Below are positions 1-10,850 of a DNA stretch of 64,000 bases, one piece after another. Location of the stretch: the NCBI RefSeq assembly GCF_006345805.1, contig NC_043022.1, positions 5,332,001 to 5,396,000 on the forward strand. Direction: 5' to 3'. The position numbers and the translations under genes were made by a program. Each line of letters starts with the position of its first letter. The first letter of the stretch is position 1. This DNA comes from Octopus sinensis (lineage: Eukaryota). Below the pieces are notes generated by a model, which saw nothing but the letters and a program-made list of their open reading frames with translations, did not search any database and was not told where the DNA came from.

Positions 1-686
1 AGTCACAACAAGGACCTCAGACAGATGATACTTTCCTTAAGATTTGCACTGTGCCCAGTAAGGCTGCTTTTTGCAAGGCATCAATCTTGCATGGGATTTC
101 CAGTTGCCTTAAGAAGTCTTGAAGTTTCAATGGGATTGAGCCCAACACTCCGGTCACCACTGGTATCACTTTTACATTACCCTCTCGCATTCCATACAGT
201 CTTGCCATTTCCACTTTGAATTCGGAGTACTTGGTGATTTTTTTCAACCCCTTTACTCACAACTTTGTTGTCATTTGGTATGGCTACATCAATGATCTGA
301 CAGTATTTGTCTCTCTTATCCAATATGACAATATCCAGCCAATGGTGTTCGACAACACGATCTGTCTGAAAATCATAGTCCCAGAGTATCTTCACTTTTC
401 CATCCTCCTGCACAACTTTACTTGGTACATGCTCATACCAGTTCTCTGTTACTTCATATTGGTATTTACGTTATAAGAGCCACTGGAAATACACACACGC
501 TTTATCGTGACGCTGCTTGTATTCTTTTTGTGCAAGGCTCTCACATTCATTTACCAAGTGGATCACATTTTCCACACTCTTTCCACAGAGTCTGCATTTC
601 TGAGTGTCAGAAGTTTTATAGATGTTATACTTCACTGAATTGGTAGCAAGAGCCTGGTCTTGTGCGGCAATGATCAGGCTTTCGGT
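1..686 (-). mobile_element. 5'-truncated, frameshifted R4/Dong-like non-LTR retrotransposon (CCHC knuckle plus restriction-like endonuclease)
   Basis: Three consecutive minus-strand frames read ..IIAAQDQAL..CRLCGKSVENVIHLVNEC..RHD, KILWDYDFQTD..DIVILDK..IIDVAIP and KYSEFKVEM..VIPVVTGVLG..LQKAALLGT. This is the typical C-terminus of RLE-bearing LINEs. The 5' junction abuts a (TTA)n tract at about 692-716. Confidence 0.85.
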
Positions 687-719
687 TGTAGTTATTATTA
701 TTATTATTATTATTATGAT

Positions 720-932
720 TAAGGTGGTAAACTGGCAGAATCGTTTGTATGTCAGGAGAAATTCTTTGTGGCACTTCATCTGTCTGCATGTCCTTAGTTC
801 AAGTTTTGCCAAAGTCAACTTTGCCTTTCATCCTTTCGGGGTCGATAAATTAAGTACCAGCGAAACACTGGGGTCAAGGCAATCAACTCATCCCCTTCCC
901 CAAAATTGTTGCCCTTGTGGAAAAATTTGAAA
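720..932 (+). mobile_element. SINE family C (Meta/MESC-domain-like), diverged copy
   Basis: Contains GCCTTTCATCCTTTCGGGGTCGATAAATTAAGTACC; same family as 41560-41792. Confidence 0.75.
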
Positions 933-933
933 C

Positions 934-961
<28 letters not shown>

Positions 962-968
<7 letters not shown>

Positions 969-1305
969 CTGCCTTAGCAAAGGCGGAGGTATTGTTTTCA
1001 GTTGTGTTTGTTTGTCCGTGGACAAGATATCTCAAGAACCACTGGATGTATTCAGATGAATCTTTCAGGGATGTTTGGCCTTGTGACTGGCCCAAACTGA
1101 TTAGATTTTGGGATTGATCCAGTACCAGACAAGGATTCTGGATTATTTTTCAGTTTTTTTAACTTAATTTTTGAGAGTGGTCAGGTTCATTTTTAGTATT
1201 CTTGTTTGTGAGCACAGTCGAGGTTATTTCAGAAAATCATTTCTGGCTAATTAAGAGGATTTTAGTGTTGCTTTGGCAAAGGTTTGTGCTCTCTGAATGC
1301 TCTTG
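962..1305 (+). mobile_element. Non-autonomous element resembling Helentron/Helitron-derived short repeats
   Basis: Starts with the short inverted motif CACTGCC..GGCGGAGG, then GTTT-type microsatellite, and ends GGCAAAGGTTTGTGCTCTCTGAATGCTCT. Assigned by layout only. Confidence 0.35.
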
Positions 1306-1485
1306 TCATCGTCGTCGTTGTCGTCGTCATCACCACCACCATCACCATCACCATCACCACCACCACCACTACCACTACCACCACCACCACCACCACCATC
1401 ACCATCACCATCATCATCACCATCACCACCATCACCATCACCATCACCACCATCACCATCACCATCATCATCATCATCATTATTA
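1306..1485. repeat. (CAT/CAC)n compound microsatellite
   Basis: Seen directly; source of the poly-H/T/P ORFs. Confidence 0.95.
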
Positions 1486-2038
1486 TTTTCATTATTAAGG
1501 TGGTGAGCTGTCAGAATGGTTACCATACTGGACTTTTCTTTTCATCCTTTTAGGGTTGATAAAATAAGTACCAGTTGGTCAAAGGGGTCAATGTAATTAA
1601 TTAACCTTCCTCCCACAAAATTTGAAACCAATGTACAAAAAAGATGGGATGGGCATGGATGGAATAATCTATTCTTTAAAGGATAACTTGTGCTTAAACA
1701 ACGACAACAAACATGTGGATACCTTTCTGGCCATGACAGACCCCAATGACAAACTAGAACAAACTCTGGCCAATGATGGAGTCTCTGTGTGGTTGCTTAA
1801 TGTTCTAGAAACAGCAGCTAAATCTCTCTCTCAAATTGCACCATACTGTCTTTGAGAAAATGGAAGGACGTACTGGACTATGTCTTTCTAGAATAAACTT
1901 AAATTACATCCGAATATATTGGATGGTCATACTTGGAATGCCTTTAACCCTAGGTTTACTCAATCTGAGTTGACCTTGGCTTAAATAACAATGACAACAA
2001 CAATAATTAAACATGATGCAGTGTCTTTAAACCCTTAC

Positions 2039-2107
2039 CTTGTCTTTGAGGATCTCCTGGCAGAAATGTTTTGCTGTTCCTTCGACAATTAAATAAATGG
2101 CATCCAT
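2039..2107 (-). CDS. VWA3B: VWA3B-like coding exon (MDAIYLIVEGTAKHFCQEILKDK), last one in the window
   Basis: 69 nt, phase 0/0. Acceptor cttttacttgtag, donor AAG|GTAAGG. The peptide resembles the recalled 'IESIYYFVVGD..KELL' segment of VWA3B. Confidence 0.85.
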
Positions 2108-2169
2108 CTACAAGTAAAAGGATAGCAAATAGTAAATGGCTGACTAACACAACGTAAAGAGAGATGTCA

Positions 2170-2346
2170 GTCATCAATCATTATCACTACCATCATCATC
2201 ATCATCATCATCATATTTGTCATCATCATCACCACCACCATCACCACCATCACCACCACCATCATCACCACCATTATCATCACCATCATCATCACCATCA
2301 CCACCATCACCACCACCACCATCACCACCATCACCATCATCACCAC

Positions 2347-2387
<41 letters not shown>

Positions 2388-2433
2388 CCATCATCACCAC
2401 CACCACCATCACCACCATCACCATCATCACCAC

Positions 2434-2474
<41 letters not shown>

Positions 2475-2862
2475 CCATCATCACCACCACCACCATCACC
2501 ACCATCATCACCATCATCATCATCATCACCATCATCATCACCACCATCGTCACCACACCACCACCACCATCATCATCATCATCATTGACATCACCATCAT
2601 CATCATCATCATCATCATCATCATTATCATCATCACTCATCACTCTCATCATCATCATCACCATCGTCGTCGTCATCATCATCATTATTGTTATCCTCCT
2701 CCTCATCATCATCATTATCATCATCATCATATCATCATCATCATCATCATTATCATCATCACTCATCACTCTCATCATCATCATCACCATCGTCGTCGTC
2801 ATCATCATCATTATTGTTATCCTCCTCCTCATCATCATCATTATCATCATCATCATTATTGT
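2170..2862. repeat. Long (CAT/CAC)n microsatellite with internal higher-order duplications
   Basis: Seen directly; the block CACTCATCACTCT...TATTGTTATCCTCCTCCTC occurs twice about 126 bp apart. Confidence 0.95.
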
Positions 2863-3100
2863 CATATCTTATGTCCCTTTTTTCTTGCTTACATGGGTTG
2901 TACAGGTCTTCTCCCACACAGTGTCTTACCACTGGCAGAAGATACTTGTCCAAAATGCCAAACAGCAGGATTGAACTCATAACCACACGATTATAAACCA
3001 CACACCTTAACCACATGGTAATCCCTACACATACACTTCTAAACTAAATGAAAAAAATTACAGGTTATTAGTTATAAGATAACATTTTTTTAATTATGAT

Positions 3101-3319
3101 ACTCTTTTACTCTTTTACTCTTTTACTTGTTTCAGTCATTTGACTGCGGCCATGCTGGAGCACCGCCTTTTAGTCGAGCAAATCGACCCCGGGACTTATT
3201 CTTTGTAAGCCCAGTACTTATTCTATCGGTCTCTTTTGCTGAACCGCTAAGTGACGGGGACGTAAACACACCAGCATCGGTTGTCAAGCAATGCTAGGGG
3301 GACAAACACAGACACACAA

Positions 3320-3352
<33 letters not shown>

Positions 3353-3515
3353 CGACAGGCTTCTTTCAGTTTCGTCTACCAAATCCACTCACAAGGCATT
3401 GGTCGGCCCGGGGCTATAGCAGAAGACACTTGCCCAAGATGCCACACAGTGGGACTGAACCCGGAACCATGTGGTTGGTTAGCAAGCTACTTACCACACA
3501 GCCACTCCTGCGCCT
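3101..3515 (-). mobile_element. tRNA-derived SINE family A, full-length young copy
   Basis: Head GGCGCAGGAGTGGCTGTGTGGTAAG..GGTTCAGTCCC (A/B-box-like), internal (TA/CA)n, tail (GTAAAAGA)n, possible TSD TATGATA. About 20 copies or fragments in the window. Confidence 0.9.
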
Positions 3516-3596
3516 GTATGATAAATAATCTTTATGTAAAATTAGCTTCAGAAATTTGAATAGAACAAGGAAAGAATAAAAATAACTTTTATTTGC

Positions 3597-3753
3597 CTTT
3601 TGGTCTTCCATAACTGCAACAACAGCTTCACAAATTGATAATGTGGAGACCATTGGTCTTGGTTTGTCTTGGAGCCATTCTACTGCTTTGTGTATGGAAT
3701 CGTGACATACGCGCACCATTTCTGGATGGAAACAGTCAATGTGTTCAGATACT
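3597..3753 (-). CDS. VWA3B: VWA3B-like coding exon (VSEHIDCFHPEMVRVCHDSIHKAVEWLQDKPRPMVSTLSICEAVVAVMEDQK)
   Basis: 157 nt, phase 2/0. Acceptor ctgttgcag. Frame continuity with the next exon requires the donor AAG|GCAAAT (GC-AG intron). The peptide resembles recalled VWA3B 'VSQEPVKWQENATPVTEQSIATAISWVEKL'. Confidence 0.85.
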
Positions 3754-3944
3754 CTGCAACAGGGTATTACAAGGGAGATAATTAATACTGTGAGTTTTAA
3801 GTAGCTCTCAATATGGAGGTTAGAGTTCATAATGGGAATAGGGAGATGGGATGGGCAAGGATGGAATAATCTATTCTTTAAAGGATAACATGAACCATGT
3901 AACTCTTTATTGTTATTGATCTTCCCAATGCTAACAATCTTCTC

Positions 3945-4332
3945 TCTTTTACTTGTTTTTGATCATTAGACTGTGGCCATGCTGGAGCACTTCCTTAAGG
4001 GATTTTGGTCGAATGAACTGACCAAAGTACATATTTTTTGAAACTTAGTGCATATTTTATTAGTCTTTTTTTGCCAAACTGCTAAGTTACAGAGATATAA
4101 ACACACCAACACCACTTGTCAAGTGGTGGTGGGAGATAAACACAGAATGAAACACACACACACAAAATATAGACACACACACACACATGTTTGGCTTCCT
4201 TCGGTTTCTGTCAACCAAATCCATTCACAAGGCTTTGGCTGCCCCAGGGCTATAATAGAAGACATTTGCTCAAGGTGCTACACAGTGGGACCGAACCCAG
4301 AACCACGTGGTTGGGAATCAAACTTCTTACCA
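3945..4332 (-). mobile_element. SINE family A, older copy
   Basis: Diverged match to 3101-3515; sits back to back with the plus-strand copy at 4385. Confidence 0.8.
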
Positions 4333-4349
4333 CACAGCTACACCTGCAC

Positions 4350-4384
<35 letters not shown>

Positions 4385-4386
<2 letters not shown>

Positions 4387-4547
4387 GGCACATGGAGTGG
4401 CTCTGTGGTAAGACGCTTGTTCCCCAACAACATGGTTCTGTGTTCAGTCCCACTGCATGGCTCCTTGGGCAGTGTCTTCTGCTATAGCCTTGGGCCAACC
4501 AAAGCCTTGTGAGTGGATTTGGTGGATGGAAACTGAAAGAAGCCTGT

Positions 4548-4584
<37 letters not shown>

Positions 4585-5105
4585 CTTTACTACCCACAAG
4601 GGGCTAAATATAGAGGGGACAAACAAGGACAGACAAATGGATTAAGTCGATTACATCGACCCCAGTGCGAAACTGGTACTTTATTTATCTACCCCGAAAG
4701 GATGAAAGGCAAAGTCTACCTCGGCGGAATTTGAACTCAGAACATAACGTCAGACGAAATACCGCTAAGAATTTCGCCCGGGCGCTAACGTTTCTGCCAG
4801 CTCGCCGCCTTTTTATATATATATATATATATGTATGTATATGTATGTATGTCTATGTATGTATATATATATGTATGTATATATATATGTATGTATGTAT
4901 TTGTGTGTCTGTGTTTATCCTCCACACCATTGCTTGACAACCGTTGTTGGTGTGTTTATGTCCCTGTAACTTAGCGATTCAGCAAAAGAGACCAATAGAA
5001 TAAGTATTAGGCTTACATAGAATAAGTACTTGGGTTGATTTGTTTTGACTAAAGGCGGTGCTGCAGCATGGCCATGGTCACATGACTGAAACAAATACAA
5101 GAAAA
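4385..5105 (+). mobile_element. SINE family A interrupted by a family C SINE
   Basis: Head about 4385-4550 and tail about 4900-5105, with a family C copy inside the internal (TA)n. Confidence 0.8.
4581..4810 (-). mobile_element. SINE family C nested in the (TA)n of a family A SINE
   Basis: Near-exact reverse complement of 41560-41792. Confidence 0.85.
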
Positions 5106-5564
5106 GAATTGTTTTGAATTAATCGTGGATTATCTTAGAGCTCTGAAATTTCAATGATGTGATTGTTTATTTTTAGAATGCCATTAGATTACCTGTGACA
5201 CATTGCGTCACCAATAGTTCAAGGTACCCAGAAAAGCCACATATCTTGGGAACCCATGTTCCAATTTACATGAAACTTGTTTTATTCCATTTGTATTCAC
5301 ATTCCAATGCTACCTTATATTCAGAGTATTTTCCCATTATGTGCTGGTTTGGCTATTTATAAAAGTGTTCACAAGAAAGGGAAATAACCCCAGGTTTCAC
5401 TACTCTGCTTAAAGTTGTGGAAACAAACCCCCAAAACACTGCGTATCTTGGGAATCCATGGTCTGATTTACATGAAACTTGTTACATTCTGTTTGTATTT
5501 ACATTTCAAGGGTGACCTTACTTTGAGAGTATTTTCCCATTATGCACCAGTTTAGCTGTTTTAA

Positions 5565-5785
5565 CCCTTTCGTTACCAACCCGGCTGAAACCGGCTCTGG
5601 CTCTGTAGTACAAATGTCATGTTTTCATAAGTTTTGAATTAAAATCTTCCACCAAACCTCAGTCACAATTTATCTTCCTAAAACTAGCTTAATGATAATG
5701 AAGTTATTTTACTAAATTCTTTGTTATTTTTAAAATAATTAAAAGAAACACAGAGCATCTCAAAATAAATACAGTAACAAAAGGG
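5565..5785. mobile_element. piggyBac-type MITE, family 1 (221 bp)
   Basis: TTAA on both sides; TIRs CCCTTTCGTTAC / GTAACAAAAGGG; second copy inverted at 13387-13607. Confidence 0.85.
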
Positions 5786-6046
5786 TTAAATTACAGACAA
5801 GCATGCATGCAAACAAGCAAACAATCATAGAGGTTTAGTCGTGTATAGGTTGTAGGACAGGTGTAAGAGGCCAGATCTGGCTGGTTTGAACATGAAACAG
5901 ATAAAATATTTGGGTCTGTGTCTGATGTGGATGGTTTAAAAGCCAAAGAGTTAAAGTGTAAGGTGTCTATAGAACTGGTAGTGATGGTGATGATGATGAT
6001 GATGATGATAACAGTAGAAAGAGTCATTAGATATAACGATACTTAC

Positions 6047-6303
6047 ATAACGATGTTGAAATGTCTCAGCTGAGCCACTTGTTCTGTTAATAAGAAACCA
6101 AGGAACTTCTTCAAGCTGTTCCATCTCTCCTCGCACTCCACCTCTATTGAGGGTACCAACACCAGACAGATGGAAGTTTCTTCTATCACACCAAATATCT
6201 TACGGCTGCCCGAGATCAACCAATAAAGTCTCTGCCGATATAATCGCAGGAAGTATTCAAGACGTTCAGCAATTGATTGCAGTTTCACTCTGCAGCAAAC
6301 GAT
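6047..6303 (-). CDS. VWA3B: VWA3B-like coding exon (IVCCRVKLQSIAERL..QRLYWLISGSRKIFGVIEETSICLVL..LTEQVAQLRHFNIV)
   Basis: 257 nt, phase 0/2. Polypyrimidine tract plus gaag acceptor, donor AT|GTAAGT. Strong resemblance to recalled VWA3B 'QRMDWLTSKSRQIFGVILEQCVTIVLD..LQEQVAHITEFNIIR'. Confidence 0.92.
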
Positions 6304-6481
6304 CTTCATTCGTTCGGAAGGAAACAAAAAGAAAAAGATAGGAATAAATGTCTTGGACTGGCACGAAACATGCTCTACTGATTCCGGTCATAAGCATCTG
6401 AAAATGTCTCTTAATGCTGCTGAATGTTTGCTTTTGATGTTAATTGGAAGAAAAAGGATAAAAGCCAGTTTAGAATACAGA

Positions 6482-6780
6482 ATCATCATCATCATCATCA
6501 TCGTTTAGCGTCCGCTTTCCATGCTAGTATGGGTTGGACAATTCAACTGGGGTCCGGGAAGCCAGAAGGCTGCACCAGGCCCAGTCTGATCTGGCAATAT
6601 TTCTACGGCTGGATGCCCTTCCTAACGCCAACCACTCCATGAGTGTAGTGGGTGCTTTTTACATGCCACCGGCACGGGGGCCAGGCGAGACTGGCAACGG
6701 CCACGATCGGATGGTGGTTTTTACGTGCCACCGGCACGAGGCCAGTCGGCTCGGCACTGGCAACGGCCACGTTCAGATGC
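6482..6780 (-). mobile_element. SINE-like family D ((GAT)n tail, GGCGTTAGGAAGGGCATCC core, ~45-bp internal subrepeats)
   Basis: Recurs at about 9226-9410, 18900-19128, 22785-23185, 37670-37843, 46110-46472 and 58550-58850. Confidence 0.8.
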
Positions 6781-7136
6781 TAATTTGTAATTTGCCATTC
6801 ATCTAGGTTAACATTATACAACAAAACTAACACTTTTCTTTCATTAGTCTCTGCAGATAAAACCAATTATTTAGAACCTGTTTACAGAATGGAAAGAAAA
6901 ATAGACTTGGTCAATTATATAGGGTCAAGGTGTGGCTGTGTGGTAAGAAGTTTGCTTCCCAGTCACATGGTTCTGGGTTCAGCCCCACTGCGTGGCACCT
7001 TGGGCAAGTGTCTTCTACCATAGCCTTGGGTTGGCTAAAATGAAGGCCACAGTGATCAGAGTGTTAAATAAAATCCTAATTTCAATTTCTTATCTCATTA
7101 TATGATATATATATATGTATATATATATATGTGTGT

Positions 7137-7433
7137 GGAGGCGCAATGGCCTAGTGGTTAGGGCAGCAGACTCGCGGTCGTAGGATCGCGGTTTCGATTC
7201 CCAGACCGGGTGTTGTGAGTGTTTATTGAGCAAAAACACCTAAAGCTCCATGAGGCTCCGGCAGGGGCTGGTGGCGATCCCTACTGTACTCTTTCGCCAC
7301 AACTTTCTCTCACTCTTTCTTCTGTTGGCCTGCTCGCTTAGCCAGCGGGGTGGCATCATTTGAAGGCTAAAACAATGTGAAGCGCATTGTGACCAGCGAT
7401 GTGTAACAACATCTGATGGCCTGGTTGGTCACG

Positions 7434-7438
<5 letters not shown>
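7137..7438 (+). mobile_element. tRNA(Arg)-like SINE family B with tail type 1
   Basis: Head GGAGGCGCAATGGCCTAGTGGTTAGGGCAGCAGACTCGCGGTC..GGTTTCGATTCCC. The 3' part differs from the copy at 35470. Confidence 0.8.
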
Positions 7439-7466
<28 letters not shown>

Positions 7467-7469
<3 letters not shown>

Positions 7470-7876
7470 CGCAGGAGTGGCTGTGTGGTAAGTAGCTTGC
7501 TAACCAACCACATGGTTCCGGGTTCAGTCCCACTGCGTGGCATCTTGGGCAAGTGTCTTCTGCTATAGACCCGGGCCGACCAATGCCTTGTGAGTGGATT
7601 TGGTAGACGGAAACTGAAAGAAGCCTGTCATATATATGTATATATATATATGTGTGTGTGTGTGCGTTTGTGTTTGTCTACCCGGCATTGCTTGACAACC
7701 GATGCTAGTGTGTTTACGTCCCCGTCACTTAGCGGTTCGGCAAAAGAGACCGATAGAATAAGTACTGGGCTTACAAAGAATAAGTCCCGGGGTCGATTTG
7801 TTCGACTAAAGGTGGTGCTCCAGCATGGCCGCAGTCAAATGACTGAAACAAGTAAAAGAGTAAAAGAGTAAAGAGT
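7467..7876 (+). mobile_element. SINE family A, full-length young copy
   Basis: Near-identical reverse complement of 3101-3515 and 8591-9010. Confidence 0.9.
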
Positions 7877-8590
7877 ATATATATATATATGTATGTATGT
7901 ATATATATATATATAAAGGCAAAGAGAGGGAGAAAGAGCAGTTGAAGCCAAGTGCGGCCATTCAGCACACATGGCTTGACTGCTCTTTCGCCCTCTCTTT
8001 CTCTTTATATATATATGTATATATATGTATTATAAAATGGCTGAGTAGTAAGAAGATGGGTTCCTAACCACATGGTTCTGGGTTTCCCTGCAATAAGGGT
8101 CACTGTTGCATGATACCTTGGGCAAGTGCCTTCTCTTACAGCCCTGGGCTGACCAAAGTTTTGTGAATGATTTTGTTGACAGAAACTCTGTGTGTGTGTG
8201 TGTGTGTTTGTCCTTCATCACTGCTTGACAGTCAGTGTTGGTGTGTTTAAGAGATGGATAGAATAAGTACCAGGCTTAACCAAAAAAATAAGTACTGGAG
8301 GTTGATCCATTTGACTTAAAAATTCTCTAAGGTGGTGCCCCAGCATGGCCACAGCGTAATGATTCAAACTAGTAAAAGATGAATTATTTTATCTCAAAAA
8401 TTATTCTTTATTTCAGGGCCATTGGTCACTCCTTGGTCATTTCCAGCCCCAAATTGCCAGTTCCTTACTTGTCCCCTCTTTATTTCTGGAGATGAAAGGA
8501 TTGCAAGATAAACCACCACCACCACCACCACCATCACCTACTCTGTGACCTTTCCAGCGATGGTGAGGGAACAAACATATACATACATAC

Positions 8591-9010
8591 TCTTTACTTG
8601 CTCTTTACTCTTTTACTTGTTTCAGACATTTGACTGTGGCCATGCTGGAGCAACGCCTTTAATCGAGCAACTCGACCCCGGACTTATTCTTATTGTAAGC
8701 CCAGTACTTATTCTATCGGTCTCTTTTGCCGAACCGCTAAGTGACGGTGACGTAAACACACCAGCATCGGTTGTCAAGCAATGCTAGGGGGACAAACAGA
8801 CACACAAACATATACACATACACTTATATATATATATATACATATATACGACAGGCTTCTTTCAGTTTCCGTCTGCCAAATCCACTCACAAAGCATTGGT
8901 CGGCCCGGGTCTATAGCAGAAGACACTTGCCCAAGATGCCACGCAGTGGGACTGAACCCGGAACCATGTGGTTGGTTAGCAAGCTACTTACCACACAGCC
9001 ACTCCTGCGC
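8591..9010 (-). mobile_element. SINE family A, full-length young copy
   Basis: Near-identical to 3101-3515. Confidence 0.9.
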
Positions 9011-9413
9011 AATATTTTTTCTTCTTTCTCTCCTTCTTCTTCCTTTCTTTCTTTTTCTCTAACTCCCCTTTCAGATACAAAACACACACACACACACACA
9101 CACACGCTCTCTCTCTCTCTCTCTCTCTCTCACTTTCTCCCCATTCCTCACCCTCTTGTACTATCTTATATCTCTCCCCACCCCCACACACTCAATAATA
9201 CTATAAAAAGAGTCAAAATTCCTACAGGTGGCACGTAAAAAGCATCCACTACACTCTCGGAGTGGTTGGCGTTAGGAAGGGCATCCAGCCGTAGAAACAC
9301 TGCCAGATCAGACTGGGCCTGATGCAGCCTTCTGGCTTCACAGACCCCAGTTGAACCGTCCAACCCATGCTAGCATGGAAAGCGGACACCAGATGATGAT
9401 GATGATGATGTTG

Positions 9414-9468
<55 letters not shown>

Positions 9469-10429
9469 GATAGGCTTCTTTCAGTTTCCATCTACCAAAT
9501 CCACATACAAGGGCTTTGGTCAGCCCAGGGCTATAGTAGAAGACACTGCACCCAAGGTGCCACTCAGTGGGACTGAACCCAGAACCATGTGGTTGGGAAG
9601 TAAGCTTCTTACCACACCACACAGCCACACCTGTGCAACAAACAAGTTATTGTTTAACCCCAGGTTAACCCTGAACAGGCTGATCTATGATGAATGGTAT
9701 TCCAGATGTGGCTGTATCTACTTTTATATTTTTTACTTTCAACTTAATAGTTCCAAGATTGAATTATCAAATAGGTCCTTCACTTTAAGATGGTTAGTTC
9801 TGGTATAAGAGGTACTTGGCTGTTGTTTCTAGTAAATTCGATGATCGCTTAAAACCTCCCTTCGTAATTGTAGGATAGGTGTGAGAGGCCAGATGAGGCT
9901 AGTTTGAACATAAAATAAGTAGAATATTTGGGTTGGATATGACTGGTTCAACCCTTTCTCATTCTGATTCCTCTGTCAAATGTTAATGCTTTTTTTATCC
10001 ACATTGTTTTGGATTAATCATTGGATTATCTCGTAGCTCTGAGGTTTCAATGATGTGATAGTTTGTTTTTAGACTGACATTGTACGGTAGGTATGAGAGA
10101 TCAGATCAGGCCAGTTTGAACATAAAACTGTTAGACTATTTGGGGGAGACCTGGTTAGTTTCAACACTAAAAGGATAAAGTGTAAGGTGTCTATAGACAC
10201 CTTACACTTTATGGGGGATGTTGAGTGGTGATGGGGATGTTGGGAGTGATGGATGGAGTTGTTATCTGCAATGATGCTGATGTAACGATGTAGAGATTAT
10301 GCAACATCATCGTGAATCAGTTTAGTAACTGTAGAAGATACAAACTGGAATGGTTTTTGAGGCATGATGCTGTTTAGTGATGCAAGCTCAGTAAAATGAC
10401 TCAAAGGTGAAACGGTCTCTCACAGTTCA

Positions 10430-10850
10430 CCAGTAATGGATCAATGAAAATATTTGATCTGAGCTTGACAGTAACGACTCAGTGAAAGATATTTGATCTC
10501 GGTTCAACACTAATGGTTCAATGAAAGTATATTATTTCAAGTCAGCAGTAACGAGTCATTGAAAAATATTTGATCTTTGCTAAATAGTAATGGTTTAGTG
10601 AAAAATACTTGAGTGCACCTCAACAATAATAACTAAGTGAAAAATATTGGATTCTAGCTAACTAGTAATGATTCAATGAAAAATATTTGATCTCAGCTCA
10701 ATAATAACAAATTAACAAAAATATTTGATTTCAAGTCATCTGTAATGGATCAATGTGAAGTATTTAACTCAAGCTCAAAGAAATTATTGCAATAAAATAT
10801 ACCATAGCTCAACAATAATGATTCAATGAGAAATGTTTGACCACTGTCCA
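10430..10850. repeat. Degenerate ~39-bp minisatellite, about 11 units
   Basis: Approximate consensus CAGTAATGATTCAATGAAAAATATTTGATCTCAGCTCAA, visibly periodic. Confidence 0.7.

Noticed and set aside
2164-2982. 272-aa poly-His ORF and the many similar low-complexity ORFs (poly-H/T/V/M, YI, MYVC, poly-F/E)
   Set aside because: They are translations of microsatellites that lack stop codons by composition; no splice or homology support.
7137-7210. tRNA-like sequences here and at 35471 and 38915-38987
   Set aside because: These are SINE heads continuing into repeat bodies, two of them with TSDs; no clean cloverleaf or T-run terminator.
8771-9238. Recurring ORFs such as RRHLPKMPRSGTEPGTMWLVSKLLTTQP and FDCGHAGAPPL
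   Set aside because: They are translations of SINE family A repeated in many copies, not a gene family.
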